Source: Deltaproteobacteria bacterium (lineage in GTDB: Bacteria; Desulfobacterota_D; UBA1144; Nemesobacterales; CSP1-2). Taken from it: 64,000 nucleotides of DNA. Made by a program: the position numbers and the translations under genes. The notes under the pieces are model-generated. The model saw nothing but the letters and a program-made list of their open reading frames with translations. It did not search any database and was not told where the DNA came from. The stretch spans positions 96,001 through 160,000 of the forward strand of contig JBQTHB010000003.1 in NCBI GenBank assembly GCA_052390235.1, written 5' to 3'. Positions 1 to 11,293 of this stretch are shown here, piece by piece (positions within the stretch are counted from its first letter, which is position 1; every line of letters begins with the position of its first letter).

Positions 1-12
1 TACACACACTAA

Positions 13-1308
<1,296 letters not shown>

Positions 1309-1373
1309 GACGCAAGCTAGTTTGTTGGGTATAATTACCCGTAAAAGCAATCAATTTTCGAGGAATTAAGCGC

Positions 1374-2783
1374 ATGGCGGCAAAGACACTTTTCGATAAA
1401 ATTTGGGAAACTCACCTGGTTTTGAGCGAGGAAGGCAAGCCCTCTCTCATCTATGTTGATTTGCATCTCGTACACGAGGTTACCTCCCCTCAGGCATTCG
1501 AGGGGCTTAGAATTTCAGGGAGGAAAGTACGGCGCCCGGAGCTGACATTTGCTACGATGGACCACAACGTCCCCACCACGGCGAGGTCTCTGCCGATAGA
1601 AGACCCGATATCGGCAAAGCAAATCGAGACATTGAGGCACAACTGCCGGGATTTCGGCGTAACCCTATTTGATTTAGATAGCCCGTTCCAGGGAATTGTC
1701 CACGTCATAGGGCCAGAGCTAGGCATCACAAAGCCCGGAATGACCATTGTCTGCGGAGACAGCCACACCTCCACGCATGGGGCTTTCGGCGCGCTCGCCT
1801 TCGGAATTGGCACGAGCGAGGTGGAGCATGTGTTGGCGACTCAGTGCCTGTGGCAGAATTTCCCTAAGACCTTTGAGGTGCGAGTGGACGGGCAAATGGG
1901 CAAAGGGGTAACCGCAAAGGATATAATCCTCGCCATTATTGGCCGCATTGGCACAGCCGGCGCAACGGGGACGGTAGTTGAATACAGGGGAGAGGCAATC
2001 GAAGCCCTCTCGATGGAAGAGCGGATGACGATATGCAATATGTCCATCGAAGCCGGAGCGAGAGCCGGAATGATTGCGCCTGATGAAAAGACGTTTGAAT
2101 ACCTCAGGGGCAGGCAGTATTCCCCGAAGGGCGAGGCATTCGATGCAGCCGTAGAGCGCTGGCGAGGGCTTAGAACCGACGACGGAGCCACGTTTGACAA
2201 GCGCGTCAGGCTCGATGCCGCCCAAATCGCCCCTCAGGTGAGCTGGGGAACAAGCCCCGGCATGGTAACGGATGTTACCGGCATCGTCCCCGACCCGGAA
2301 TCGTTCCAAGACCCGAACATGAAAAAGGCGGCGTGGCAGTCACTGGAGTACATGGGGCTTAAACCTAAAACCAAAATAGAGGACATCCGGCTCGATACTG
2401 TTTTTATCGGCTCATGCACGAATTCGAGGATTCAGGACCTAGTAGCCGCCGCAGAGGTGGTCAAGGGCAGAAAAGTCGCCTCCAACATACGCGCAATGGT
2501 CGTTCCGGGGTCTCAACTCGTAAAACGGCAGGCTGAGAAACTGGGGCTGGATAAAATTTTCAAAGAAGCCGGATTCGATTGGCGGGAAGCCGGGTGTAGT
2601 ATGTGCCTTGGGATGAACCCCGATATACTCTCCCCGGGCGAGCGGTGCGCAAGCACGTCCAATAGAAATTTTGAGGGCCGCCAGGGTAAAGGCGGTCGCA
2701 CTCACCTCGTAAGCCCGATAATGGCGGCGGCGGCGGCTATCGAGGGGCATTTCGTGGATATACGCAACTGGAACGTAAATTAG
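1374..2783 (+). CDS. leuC: 3-isopropylmalate dehydratase large subunit
   Basis: [51 protein letters not shown]. Confidence 0.98.
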   Translation: MAAKTLFDKIWETHLVLSEEGKPSLIYVDLHLVHEVTSPQAFEGLRISGRKVRRPELTFATMDHNVPTTARSLPIEDPISAKQIETLRHNCRDFGVTLFDLDSPFQGIVHVIGPELGITKPGMTIVCGDSHTSTHGAFGALAFGIGTSEVEHVLATQCLWQNFPKTFEVRVDGQMGKGVTAKDIILAIIGRIGTAGATGTVVEYRGEAIEALSMEERMTICNMSIEAGARAGMIAPDEKTFEYLRGRQYSPKGEAFDAAVERWRGLRTDDGATFDKRVRLDAAQIAPQVSWGTSPGMVTDVTGIVPDPESFQDPNMKKAAWQSLEYMGLKPKTKIEDIRLDTVFIGSCTNSRIQDLVAAAEVVKGRKVASNIRAMVVPGSQLVKRQAEKLGLDKIFKEAGFDWREAGCSMCLGMNPDILSPGERCASTSNRNFEGRQGKGGRTHLVSPIMAAAAAIEGHFVDIRNWNVN

Positions 2784-2803
2784 AATCCGAAGGAGAGCGG
2801 GCA

Positions 2804-3388
2804 ATGAAACCTTTTGAGAAATTCACCGGAGCGGTAGCCCCGCTCGATAGGGTCAACGTTGACACGGACCAAATCATCCCGAAACAGTTCCTAAAACGCA
2901 TCGAACGCACCGGATTCGGAGAGTTTTTATTCTTCGACTGGCGATACAGGGAAAACGGAGAGCCAAACCCCGATTTCGTCCTCAATGATGCGAGATACCA
3001 AAGCGCGAGCATCCTGCTTGCGCGCGATAATTTCGGGTGTGGAAGCTCAAGGGAACACGCCCCGTGGGCGCTCGAAGACCATGGATTTAAAGTGATAATA
3101 GCCCCTTCGTTCGCCGATATATTCTTTAGCAACTGCTTCAAAAACGGGATGCTCCCGATAGCGCTTTCCGAGGGCGTGGTGGAGAGACTATTTCAAAACG
3201 TTCTAGTCTCAGGGAGCTACGCGCTCGAAGTGGACTTGGAATCTCAAACCCTTAGCGACAGCAACGGGTGGATAATCCCCTTCGAGGTGGATTCGTTCAA
3301 GAGAAAGTGTCTCTTGGAGGGACTCGACGACATCGGGCTGACGCTTCAGTGCGAGGATAAAATTACCGCGTATGAAAACAGCTTGTAA
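2804..3388 (+). CDS. leuD: 3-isopropylmalate dehydratase small subunit
   Basis: [28 protein letters not shown]; follows leuC. Confidence 0.98.
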   Translation: MKPFEKFTGAVAPLDRVNVDTDQIIPKQFLKRIERTGFGEFLFFDWRYRENGEPNPDFVLNDARYQSASILLARDNFGCGSSREHAPWALEDHGFKVIIAPSFADIFFSNCFKNGMLPIALSEGVVERLFQNVLVSGSYALEVDLESQTLSDSNGWIIPFEVDSFKRKCLLEGLDDIGLTLQCEDKITAYENSL

Positions 3389-3558
3389 GGGAGGGAAGCT
3401 CCGCAAAAGAATTCTCTTTCGCAGTGTTGACAAAACGGACAATCGGGTATAAGCATTAAGTTATCCGGGGGGAGAATAAAGAGAAGCGCCGCCTCCATAG
3501 TATATTGCGGCATTTCGACCCTCTTCGACATTTGATTTCAGTTAAGGAAAGCGCCATC

Positions 3559-4032
3559 ATGGAGACCTTCGCAAAGATACTAGCCCTAACCGTTCTAGGC
3601 ATCTTCGGCTCTGCCGGGGCTATTATCTACTATTCGGACCCGGCTAATACCAAACCCGCTCCGGTCGCCGAGGACAGGTCCCTATGGAACTTGGAGCAGT
3701 ACAGCGGGGTTGACGTGCGAGAGTACAGAAAGCAAATCCTAGAGAACTATAAAGGCGAGAGGGCAATCGAGAAGAGGAGCGGCGGCAAATCCGAGTATTC
3801 TCTGTGGGGGCAGAGCTTTGAGGGCAACGCCTCCGACAACGTAATTTCTAAAGAAGCCCTGAAACTCGCCGAAGGAAACTCCGTTGAAGCCCTCGAAGAG
3901 CGGACGAATCAGCTCTATAACCTCTACCGCACTCTCCAGGCGCAGGGAAGCCCTGAGTACAGCAGAGCCTATGCGGAATACAAAGCCTACTGGGCGGCTC
4001 TCAAGCTCAAGACAGAGATGACAAGCAATTAG
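3559..4032 (+). CDS. Hypothetical protein with N-terminal membrane anchor/signal
   Basis: ATG at 3559 preceded by AAGGA; hydrophobic N-terminus ILALTVLGIFGSAGAIIYY; no recognisable family. Confidence 0.7.
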   Translation: METFAKILALTVLGIFGSAGAIIYYSDPANTKPAPVAEDRSLWNLEQYSGVDVREYRKQILENYKGERAIEKRSGGKSEYSLWGQSFEGNASDNVISKEALKLAEGNSVEALEERTNQLYNLYRTLQAQGSPEYSRAYAEYKAYWAALKLKTEMTSN

Positions 4033-4042
4033 TACCCGCCGA

Positions 4043-4783
4043 TTACTTTTTAAATACTAGAAACTTATACCCCCCGAAATTCCAAAACACCGAAACCATC
4101 ACCGCCGCGAGCGTTGCGAGATTCGCCCACAGCCTCGGCGATATTGTGGCAATAGGCTCGACGAAGTTCACGATAATTGAGGCAATCCCAACATTGAGCA
4201 GAAATCCGACCCCGCTCACAACTGTAAACTGCATAAACTGAAACCCTATCCCCTTGGTCTGCGCGCCCTCAAACGTCCAAAACTTGTTCCAGAAATAGCT
4301 GTTCCCAATCGCGACCAAAAACGATGCCGCCTTAAACAGGGAGAAATAAATCCCCGACTCAATCCCCGAAACGTGCATCAGCAGATTCAAAATCCCGAAA
4401 TCTATGGCGGCGTTCGACAGCCCTATGGCGACAAATTTCCCCGCCTGAAAGAACACAAGCCGCCTCCTGCCGAGAAGAGAGGTCAAATAGACGGCAAACC
4501 CCGCCGCCAGGGGGATTAGCGCAAGCGCTAGCCACTTGAATCTGAGCAGAATATCGAGCGCGGGAATCTCATGTTCCATATTTTTTATAATCGCCAGAAG
4601 AAACAGGGCGACGACCTCGCCTATGATGAAGCTCGCCGCTAAATCCGATTTGCTAAATGATACGCTCGTCCTGCGCGGCGATTTCCCCAGTGATTTTCGT
4701 TCAGCTTGAGCATTCATATTCGGTTTGATTTTCCTTGGAGGGCGTTGATTCCGGGACTCTAAGCGTCTATTCATAAATCCCAA
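4043..4783 (-). CDS. GtrA-family membrane protein (putative lipid-linked sugar flippase)
   Basis: FFQAGKFVAIGLSNAAIDFGILNLL, NSYFWNKFWTF, WNFGGYKFLVF; true start may be downstream. Confidence 0.85.
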   Translation of the reverse strand: MGFMNRRLESRNQRPPRKIKPNMNAQAERKSLGKSPRRTSVSFSKSDLAASFIIGEVVALFLLAIIKNMEHEIPALDILLRFKWLALALIPLAAGFAVYLTSLLGRRRLVFFQAGKFVAIGLSNAAIDFGILNLLMHVSGIESGIYFSLFKAASFLVAIGNSYFWNKFWTFEGAQTKGIGFQFMQFTVVSGVGFLLNVGIASIIVNFVEPIATISPRLWANLATLAAVMVSVFWNFGGYKFLVFKK

Positions 4784-5525
4784 GCCAGAGATTTAACTTT
4801 ATCTTAAACAGCTCCAAAAAGGTCTTTATGGTGCTTGAGAATTTCACGTGCGAGCGTTCGTCGTTTCGCCATACTATCGCAGACTCCTTGACCGTGAGTC
4901 CGAATTGTTTGGCGATAACGAGTAGTTCCACATCAAAAACCCAGCGTCTGATGGTCTGAAGGGGGAAAATCCGCTCTGTCGCCTGAGCCGTGAAAGCCTT
5001 AAATCCAGCTTGAGTGTCCTCCATGTCAATTCCGTGTAGGAGGCGAACGGTAAAGTTAAAGAATCTGCCCACGTTTTCCCTGAGCCACGGCTGAGGCACG
5101 GCAATCTCCGCCCCGCTCACGCGCCTTGAGCCTATGACGACAGCCGCGCCGGCGGCGATGTGGGGAATCATCCGCTCGAATTGGTCAATGGAGGTAGAGT
5201 TGTCGGCGTCCATAAATAGACGGATTTCTCCTGTTGCGGCGAGCATCCCCTGCCTCACCACCCAGCCCTTGCCCCGGTTGAGGTCGTTTTTAATGAGGCG
5301 CAGATGCGGGATTTCAGCCGTCAGGCGCGATACGACCCTCGCCGTGCCGTCTCCAGAGCCGTCGTCAACGACGATGATTTCGTAGGCGAAGTTCCGGCGC
5401 GTGAGATAGGCGCCGACGCTCCTGAGCGTGAGCGGAATCCTCGCCTCTTCGTTATAGGCGGGGATTACCACCGAGAGATATGGGGGTTTAGGTTCGGGGC
5501 TATTTGGAGACAATGTAGGTTTCAC
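4767..5525 (-). CDS. GT2 polyprenol-phosphate glycosyltransferase (Dol-P-Glc/Man synthase-like)
   Basis: LSVVIPAYNEE, VVDDGSGD, NRGKG, FMDAD, DTQAGFK, WVFDVELL. Confidence 0.9.
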   Translation of the reverse strand: MKPTLSPNSPEPKPPYLSVVIPAYNEEARIPLTLRSVGAYLTRRNFAYEIIVVDDGSGDGTARVVSRLTAEIPHLRLIKNDLNRGKGWVVRQGMLAATGEIRLFMDADNSTSIDQFERMIPHIAAGAAVVIGSRRVSGAEIAVPQPWLRENVGRFFNFTVRLLHGIDMEDTQAGFKAFTAQATERIFPLQTIRRWVFDVELLVIAKQFGLTVKESAIVWRNDERSHVKFSSTIKTFLELFKIKLNLWLGIYE

Positions 5526-5569
5526 GCAATAAATTTCGGGATTTTACTCAATATTGCTGCGCCGCAGCA

Positions 5570-6958
5570 TCAGAGCCATTTATCGAACCATAACCTTAAA
5601 TTAAACTGCGCCTCGGTCAAGGGAATACCGTAGGTAAGGGGCATAAAGAAAATAAATCCCGCAATGAATAATACAATCAATCCCCAGAACACGGCGAGCG
5701 CGCGACGGGATAAGCTATCGTCGTCCCCCCTGCCGCCGAACAGAAAGAGGCTCATCGCGGCTACGGAGAAGATGAGCGCGGGGAAGTAGTGATAGAGAAA
5801 CATCACGCGCTTTATATTCATAAACGGGAGGAAATTAAACGCCCACGCCCCGTACAGAATCCACTTCGTCTCAGGGAGTTTCGGCTTCCAGAGAAAAACC
5901 CCTAAGATGAAAACAGTCATCGTCCCCCACCACACAAAAGGGTTTCCGAGCAGATATATTCTCGAGGCTCTGTCGGGCGGCTCGCTTTTTATCCAATAAT
6001 ATATCGGGCGAGCCATGATGGGCCATGAGTAGAAATTACTCGAATACGGATGCGCGGCGGTAAGCCCGGCGTTTGCTCCGTACATAGTCCGGTTCAGTTC
6101 GGTGAATTTTTCCCACAGCCCAATGGGTTTGACCTTTGGGTTTCGGGAAGCCTCGGTGTTCTCCAGCGTTTTTAAAAAGCCTTGAGACATAAAGGCATCG
6201 CCCTGCCCGCTCCTGTCAAGAAGGGTGAAATGAAGGACGAAAATAATGAAATAGACGACAAACGGCGCCGCGGCCAGCGCGAGAGCGCGCCTTGCAATCT
6301 CCCCGAATGAAAAGTCGGAGGAGGACGCGAAGCTGCGGTAAACATCCCAAAGCGAGACTGCCCCCGCAATTCCCAGAAAGGACATCCCAGTCCACTTGAC
6401 CGAGGGCGCAAGGGCAAGCAGAACACCGGCAAGGAGCAGATGCGCCGGTTTCCGGGAGAAATTCCGGTAATGAAAAAACAGCGCAATACCTCCGAAACCG
6501 AAGGCAAGGAGCATTGAGTCCATGAGTATATAGTGCGATTGAACCAGCACGGCGTTCTCGAACACGACAGCCAGCCCCGCAAAAAGGGAGGCAGCCCTCG
6601 ACCCCCGAAGCGAGCGCACTAGAAAATAAACGCAAAGGGGAATCATTGCGCCGAAGAGATTGGGAAGGAACCTAAGCGCGACAAACGAGTACCCGGAGTA
6701 GTCCTCGCCGATGGCATCGAAATTGAGCCCGGGTCTGAACCCCACGATGTAGGCGGCGGCGGCGATGAGCAGTTTTCCAAGCGGCGGGTGTATGTCGAAA
6801 AAATAGTCTCCTGTAAAGTATCCGCTCACGAATTTACCGAAGTGAACCTCGTCAAAAACGACCTCGGAGGGATGCCAAATAAACAGAAAGCGCGTCCCAA
6901 ACCCTAGAGCGAGCAAAAGGAGCGGGGCGCAAAGCGGGCCGTTCAGTAGGCGGGACAT
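5570..6958 (-). CDS. PMT-family (GT39-like) lipid-carrier-dependent protein O-mannosyltransferase
   Basis: VVFDEVHFGKF, FFDIHPPLGKLL, SVKWTG, HPYSS..SWP, LLGNPFVWW, RVMFLYHYFPAL. Confidence 0.85.
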   Translation of the reverse strand: MSRLLNGPLCAPLLLLALGFGTRFLFIWHPSEVVFDEVHFGKFVSGYFTGDYFFDIHPPLGKLLIAAAAYIVGFRPGLNFDAIGEDYSGYSFVALRFLPNLFGAMIPLCVYFLVRSLRGSRAASLFAGLAVVFENAVLVQSHYILMDSMLLAFGFGGIALFFHYRNFSRKPAHLLLAGVLLALAPSVKWTGMSFLGIAGAVSLWDVYRSFASSSDFSFGEIARRALALAAAPFVVYFIIFVLHFTLLDRSGQGDAFMSQGFLKTLENTEASRNPKVKPIGLWEKFTELNRTMYGANAGLTAAHPYSSNFYSWPIMARPIYYWIKSEPPDRASRIYLLGNPFVWWGTMTVFILGVFLWKPKLPETKWILYGAWAFNFLPFMNIKRVMFLYHYFPALIFSVAAMSLFLFGGRGDDDSLSRRALAVFWGLIVLFIAGFIFFMPLTYGIPLTEAQFNLRLWFDKWL

Positions 6959-8988
6959 TTTAATCTCATGACCTCCCTTCTCGTTGAGGAATCCAGAGTA
7001 TTTTGGCTGAATACGACATCCGCCGAGGATAAGACGCTCTCGTGTTTCGCTTCGGGGTACGCGCTGAGCAAATCCCTATCCCATAGGATGTATTTTATAC
7101 CATCGCGGCAGATTGAAGAAGCGTCGCCCGACGAGAGAAACTCCCTCGCCCTTGCCCTGCGCGCCTGCTCGAGCTGCGCTCTGCCCTGAGACCAGAGCCA
7201 TCCGGGGTATCCGCTATATATAGGGCGCCCTGTGAGCATGGGGACGAACTGAGCGGGGTTATTGGCGGTGAGGAAGCGGTCATTGGGCAGTGAGTTTTCC
7301 CGAATCCAAGCCGCCGCCTCAACCTCGTCGCGCTCATAATAGGAGAAATAGTTGTTTCCCACATTCCAGAGGCGAATACCTACGTCAATCAGCCCCGACA
7401 GGGTCGAGAGCAGGACAAACGCTCCGAACGCAAAGGCAGCGGCGCGCCTCCTAGCCCCTGCGAGGGATTCAAAAAGCCCTAGTGCGGCAATTGCGGCAAA
7501 TAACCACCAGTAAAATAAAATCTTGCCGTTATCGAATTCCCACGGCTGAAACACCACAATATTCGGTGCGAGAAATAGCAATAAGCCGGGGAGTATAGAG
7601 AATTTCGCCATCTCTGTGCCTCTGCTCTCGCCCTTTCGGAGGAATATAAATAGCGGGAGGGCAATTATCCACGCCCAGACGAGCGCGCCAAAATTCGCCG
7701 TCAAGAACCACGAAAAGCTCGTGTAAGACACCCCGCCATCGCAGGCGTACCAACTCCCGCTGTGGCCGCAGAACATCCACCCTATCCAGAGCTTCAGAAA
7801 CGACGGACTCGCCGCGCCCTCCGCCGCCTTTGGCATCAAAAAAAATATCTGCGGCAGGGCTATCGCCGCCCCAAGCACTCCGCCCTTGACCCAAGCGAGG
7901 CGGTTTCCCGCATCCAGCAGGAATCGGCAGAGAAAAACTATCGAGAGCGCGATAAAAGTGTGCGCGTGAAATAGCGGCAGAAGACCCCACACAACCCCCC
8001 ATCTCCAGATATTCGGACTGCCGGTATATACAAAGCAGGCGAGAAGCAGCGTCAGCGCTATGGCAAATCCCGGAATAAAAGCCCTCTGATGTGATAGGAA
8101 ACTAATTGACGGCACGTACCACGCAATGCGCGAGAGAGACCTCTGGAAATCCGAATTAAACCTATCACTAGGCTCAAACACGGTGAGAGTGTAGGAATAA
8201 GGAGAGGAGAGCGCGACCTGCGCCGCTCTGGGAATCCCTCCGTCCTTCCACCCGCCGGCTACGTTCGATGCGTAGAGGAGAAACCCTAAGCCGCCTCCGA
8301 AATAGACTATCGCCACAAGGGCAAGGGCATAGCGCCTTGCGCCGGGGAATACGCGCCGTCCGAGCAGATAGAGCAGAAAGATCGCCGACACGCCGAACGC
8401 CGCAACCGGCGCGTGCCATGCGATTATATCGGAAAAGCCAAGCCTCCCGTAGAGGGCGCTCAGCAAATTGACCAAAAAAGGATAGGTCATCGCCTCGCCC
8501 GACAGGACGTGATGCTCTAAAATGAAGGGGTCTGCGAATTTGAGCCTGCCTATCATATTGAGGTGGTAGGCGCTGTCGCCCCATGCGGCGAAAACCGCGC
8601 TCGGAATCCCATCGGCATTGGTCAGCAAAACCCCTATTAAAACCCCCAAATAGAGGGCGATAAGCACTGCGAAGACTAGCGCCGCCAAATACGGAATTCG
8701 GGAAAAATCAACGGGCGGCATCCGAAACCGCAGGGGCATTCCCCGCCTCCACAGGAAAAATCCCGCGGCGAGCGAGAGGATAACCCAAAGCAAAATCACG
8801 GCGGCATCCCATGAGCGGAAGATGAGAAGCGCCCCCAAAGTCAGAAAAGCGCTTGCGGCAAACCCAAGAGGGAGACTCGCAAAGAGGGATTCCACGCGGC
8901 TTAGCCTCGCGCCTGAGTCGAGACATCGCAGGACGGCAAATCCAATTGTGGACTGAAGGGCGAGAAAGAGAATTCCGGTTATCGGCAT
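6943..8988 (-). CDS. Polytopic membrane protein, probable GT-C superfamily glycosyltransferase
   Basis: Many TM segments; WGDSAYH, YPFLVNLLSA, QPWEFDNGK, LTGRPIYSGYPGWLWSQG; overlaps the PMT gene. Confidence 0.65.
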   Translation of the reverse strand: MPITGILFLALQSTIGFAVLRCLDSGARLSRVESLFASLPLGFAASAFLTLGALLIFRSWDAAVILLWVILSLAAGFFLWRRGMPLRFRMPPVDFSRIPYLAALVFAVLIALYLGVLIGVLLTNADGIPSAVFAAWGDSAYHLNMIGRLKFADPFILEHHVLSGEAMTYPFLVNLLSALYGRLGFSDIIAWHAPVAAFGVSAIFLLYLLGRRVFPGARRYALALVAIVYFGGGLGFLLYASNVAGGWKDGGIPRAAQVALSSPYSYTLTVFEPSDRFNSDFQRSLSRIAWYVPSISFLSHQRAFIPGFAIALTLLLACFVYTGSPNIWRWGVVWGLLPLFHAHTFIALSIVFLCRFLLDAGNRLAWVKGGVLGAAIALPQIFFLMPKAAEGAASPSFLKLWIGWMFCGHSGSWYACDGGVSYTSFSWFLTANFGALVWAWIIALPLFIFLRKGESRGTEMAKFSILPGLLLFLAPNIVVFQPWEFDNGKILFYWWLFAAIAALGLFESLAGARRRAAAFAFGAFVLLSTLSGLIDVGIRLWNVGNNYFSYYERDEVEAAAWIRENSLPNDRFLTANNPAQFVPMLTGRPIYSGYPGWLWSQGRAQLEQARRARAREFLSSGDASSICRDGIKYILWDRDLLSAYPEAKHESVLSSADVVFSQNTLDSSTRREVMRLKCPAY

Positions 8989-9143
8989 GGATTATCAGCG
9001 CTCCCGACGCTCGGGGTGTGTTTGCGCGGTTAAGTCTACTATATTTCGATTTCCTCGCAAGGACACATCCCTCAATTGTGTGGACGGGCGGCGGGATTAG
9101 AGTATATAATATTCCTCATTCAAAGCCGGAGCTAAATCAAACG

Positions 9144-9962
9144 ATGAATAATAAAAACGCGCTCGGAGTTTTTGCGCCAATACTCGCAGGGCTTGGACTC
9201 GCGGTGTCGGCGTATCTTACGTTTCTGTATTTCACCGGGGCTGAGGCGTCTTTGTGCATTACCGGCTCAGGGTGCGACGCCGTGCGCAATAGTCAATATT
9301 CGGCAATCGCGTCAATTCCCGTGCCGATACTTGGCATTGCCGGATACGGGGCGATTCTCGCGCTCTGCCTCATGCCAATATCCGAGCGGGCGCGCTGGCG
9401 CTGGGTGTATTTCCTCTCGCTTGCGGGGGCGGCGTTCTCGGCGTATCTCACTTACGTAGAACTTTTTGTCATCAAGTCCGTGTGTTTCTACTGCGTCGTG
9501 TCGGCGGCTATAATTGCGGCGATATTTATACTTTCGCTGTTAAAAAAAGGGGGCTTTGCCGCTGGGTTGAGGCTCGCAGGGATAAGCGCGGCGGTCGTAG
9601 CGGCGACGATTGGGCTGTCGTTTGCGTTTGCGCCCGAACCCATCGAGACCGAGGCGAACGCGGTTCAAGTGGCAGTGGCAAAACACCTAGGGGGCATGGG
9701 CGCGGTGATGTACGGCTCGTTTCAGTGTCCGCACTGCTCGGTGCAGAAGCAACTCTTCGGCGAGAAGGTCTTTAAGAAATATATCGGCTATGTCGAGTGC
9801 CATCCGAGAGGGGAGAGCGCCGACACTCAGCGTTGCTACGACAACGGGATAACGAGCTACCCCACTTGGGAAATTGCGGGGCGTTATTATTTGGGAACGA
9901 AGTCGCTTAGGGAGCTTGCCGAGATTTCAAAATTCAGATTTTCTGAGCCGCCGGGCAGTTAA
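9144..9962 (+). CDS. Vitamin K epoxide reductase (VKOR) fused to a thioredoxin-like domain
   Basis: Loop cysteines CITGSGC, CDAVRNSQYS, active site CFYC, C-terminal YGSFQCPHC and GITSYPTW; start trimmed to ATG 9144. Confidence 0.9.
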   Translation: MNNKNALGVFAPILAGLGLAVSAYLTFLYFTGAEASLCITGSGCDAVRNSQYSAIASIPVPILGIAGYGAILALCLMPISERARWRWVYFLSLAGAAFSAYLTYVELFVIKSVCFYCVVSAAIIAAIFILSLLKKGGFAAGLRLAGISAAVVAATIGLSFAFAPEPIETEANAVQVAVAKHLGGMGAVMYGSFQCPHCSVQKQLFGEKVFKKYIGYVECHPRGESADTQRCYDNGITSYPTWEIAGRYYLGTKSLRELAEISKFRFSEPPGS

Positions 9963-10014
9963 CACAGGGTTAACCCGAATTTGACCCGGAGTTAACCGGA
10001 CGCCACGATATTCT
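9958..10014 (+). promoter_or_regulatory. Four 11-bp-periodic direct repeats (Pho-box-like) followed by a -10-like TATTCT
   Basis: TTAACAC 9959, TTAACCC 9970, TTGACCC 9981, TTAACCG 9992; TATTCT at 10009. Confidence 0.55.
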
Positions 10015-10090
10015 ATGTCAAATTCCTCGCCGCAGGATTCCCAACGGGGCGGATGCCATGCCGCCTGCGCCGCGCATCCTGTAAGGGGCT

Positions 10091-10119
10091 TTGGCGTTAT
10101 TTCGCAGGTTCGGTATAAT
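10091..10119 (+). promoter_or_regulatory. Sigma70-like promoter upstream of the small ORF and phoH
   Basis: TTGGCG-17 bp-TATAAT. Confidence 0.55.
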
Positions 10120-10150
10120 TCAGCATAGATTCGGTATTGAAAGGAGAGAT

Positions 10151-10291
10151 TTGAATAGTATCCCCTCGCTCGCTAACCTCATGCCTCAGTTGATGAGCGC
10201 AATCTCCGTGTTTCAGCCGATAACCAGCCCAATTAAAGCAACCGATAAAATTTATCCGGCGCATTTTACGTCTAACGGAGGAACTCCATAG
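10151..10291 (+). CDS. Putative 46-aa small protein or leader peptide upstream of phoH
   Basis: AAGGAG RBS at 10141 before TTG; stop 5 bp before the phoH ATG. Confidence 0.35.
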   Translation: MNSIPSLANLMPQLMSAISVFQPITSPIKATDKIYPAHFTSNGGTP

Positions 10292-10296
10292 AAAAT

Positions 10297-11268
10297 ATGC
10301 AAGACGCGGCAACTATTGAAAACGGAACGGTTCGAGAGCTGAATTTCGATGAAAACAACGGAGCGTTAAAGACCCTCTACGGCGAGCATAACGAAAACCT
10401 CAAGGAAATCGAGAACATCTTCAACGTGAAAATCCACTCGCGAGGCGGGAAAATCAGCCTCAAAGGGGAGAGCCAGGGCGTCAGCTCGGCAGAGAGGTTT
10501 CTACGGGAAATCTACCGGCTCATCTCATTGGGCTATAGCCTTGACCCAGGCGACATCGAGCTTGCGGCGAGGGTAGTAACCGAGGATAAACTCCCGCTCG
10601 ACGATATATTCCTCGATACGGTCTGCATCTCGACCCGCAAGAAGGTCATTGCCCCCAAGAGCCTCTCGCAGAAGCTCTACATCGAGGCGATACGCAAATA
10701 CGACATTAGCTTCGGCATAGGCCCCGCGGGAACGGGAAAGACCTATCTCGCCATGGCTATGGCGGTCTCGGCATTTGTAAACCGCGAGGTGAACCGAATT
10801 ATCCTCACGAGGCCGGCAGTGGAAGCGGGCGAGAAGCTCGGATTTCTCCCCGGAGACCTATCCCAGAAAATTGACCCCTACCTGCGCCCGCTCTTTGACG
10901 CGCTCTACGACATGATGGACTACGACAAAGCCTCAAGGCTCATCGAAAAAGGGGTTATCGAAATAGCCCCGCTCGCGTTTATGAGGGGTAGAACCCTAAA
11001 CGACGCATTCGTCATCCTAGACGAGGCGCAAAACACAACGGCGATGCAGATGAAGATGTTCCTCACGAGGCTTGGGTTCAGCTCGAAAGCCGTCATCACG
11101 GGGGACACCACTCAGATTGACCTCTCATCGGGAGAGAAGTCTGGACTGCTCGAAGCCGAATCGCTTCTGAAGAAAATTGAGGGAATTGCATTTGTCTATT
11201 TTTCAAGGAAAGATGTTATCAGGCATCCGCTCGTCAAGCTGATTATCGAGGCTTACGAGAGGAAATAA
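10297..11268 (+). CDS. phoH: PhoH-family ATPase (YbeZ-like)
   Basis: [48 protein letters not shown]. Confidence 0.95.
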   Translation: MQDAATIENGTVRELNFDENNGALKTLYGEHNENLKEIENIFNVKIHSRGGKISLKGESQGVSSAERFLREIYRLISLGYSLDPGDIELAARVVTEDKLPLDDIFLDTVCISTRKKVIAPKSLSQKLYIEAIRKYDISFGIGPAGTGKTYLAMAMAVSAFVNREVNRIILTRPAVEAGEKLGFLPGDLSQKIDPYLRPLFDALYDMMDYDKASRLIEKGVIEIAPLAFMRGRTLNDAFVILDEAQNTTAMQMKMFLTRLGFSSKAVITGDTTQIDLSSGEKSGLLEAESLLKKIEGIAFVYFSRKDVIRHPLVKLIIEAYERK

Positions 11269-11293
11269 ATCCTCGATTTACGGGAGGGACAAG

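Noticed and set aside
8853..9143. Long N-terminal extensions in the ORF track (VKOR, purA, serA, secA, smc, tyrA, dtd)
   Set aside because: They overlap neighbouring genes or promoters; downstream starts match family N-termini and RBS positions
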